The position numbers were made by a program, and so were the translations under genes. The notes below the pieces were generated by a model, which was given only the letters and a program-made list of their open reading frames with translations, did no database searches and had not been told where the DNA came from. A DNA stretch of 54,298 bases from contig CAJINV010000003.1 in NCBI GenBank assembly GCA_905178155.1, forward strand, positions 6,574,156 to 6,628,453. Direction: 5' to 3'. This DNA comes from Amoebophrya sp. A120 (Eukaryota > Protista > Dinoflagellata). This document shows, one piece after another, positions 54,246 through 54,298 of this stretch (the stretch's first letter is position 1; each line of letters starts with the position of its first letter).

Positions 54246-54298
54246 CGAGGCTTCCGGGCTTCGAGGCTTCCGGGCTTCGAGGCTTCCGGGCTTCGAGG
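54246..54298. repeat. 16-bp tandem repeat cgaggcttccgggctt x3+
   Basis: Direct reading; runs off the window end. Confidence 0.9.

Overview
This window is eukaryotic DNA. Almost all of it (2803-53481, + strand) is one giant gene, open at both ends. I count 56 visible coding blocks totalling about 26.6 kb (about 8,900 aa, hand-summed). The product is a modular surface-type protein built from PKD-like domains and DUF285/BspA-like W-D-V...M-F repeats, with inserted PAN/apple-like, discoidin-like and LamG-like domains. I found no GT-AG intron in it. Instead the reading frame is broken by about 60 small MITE-like elements, mostly 150-450 bp, in at least 6 families. Each starts TAT, ends ATA (a few variants), carries terminal inverted repeats (TIRs) and sits between 5-bp direct repeats of arbitrary sequence (TSDs). 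Deleting an element plus one repeat copy restores the frame and the protein motif at every junction I could trace, apart from one 1-nt irregularity and one assembly gap. The elements therefore behave as transposon-derived non-canonical introns (introners), or as precisely excised DNA. This resembles the inverted-repeat/direct-repeat introners published for the parasitic dinoflagellate Amoebophrya; that taxon is an inference. The elements are themselves parasitised: there are nested introners, a retroposon apparently targeting one site of one family, microsatellite-tailed inserts and an RNase H-bearing non-LTR retrotransposon. All coordinates were read by eye and no searches were run.
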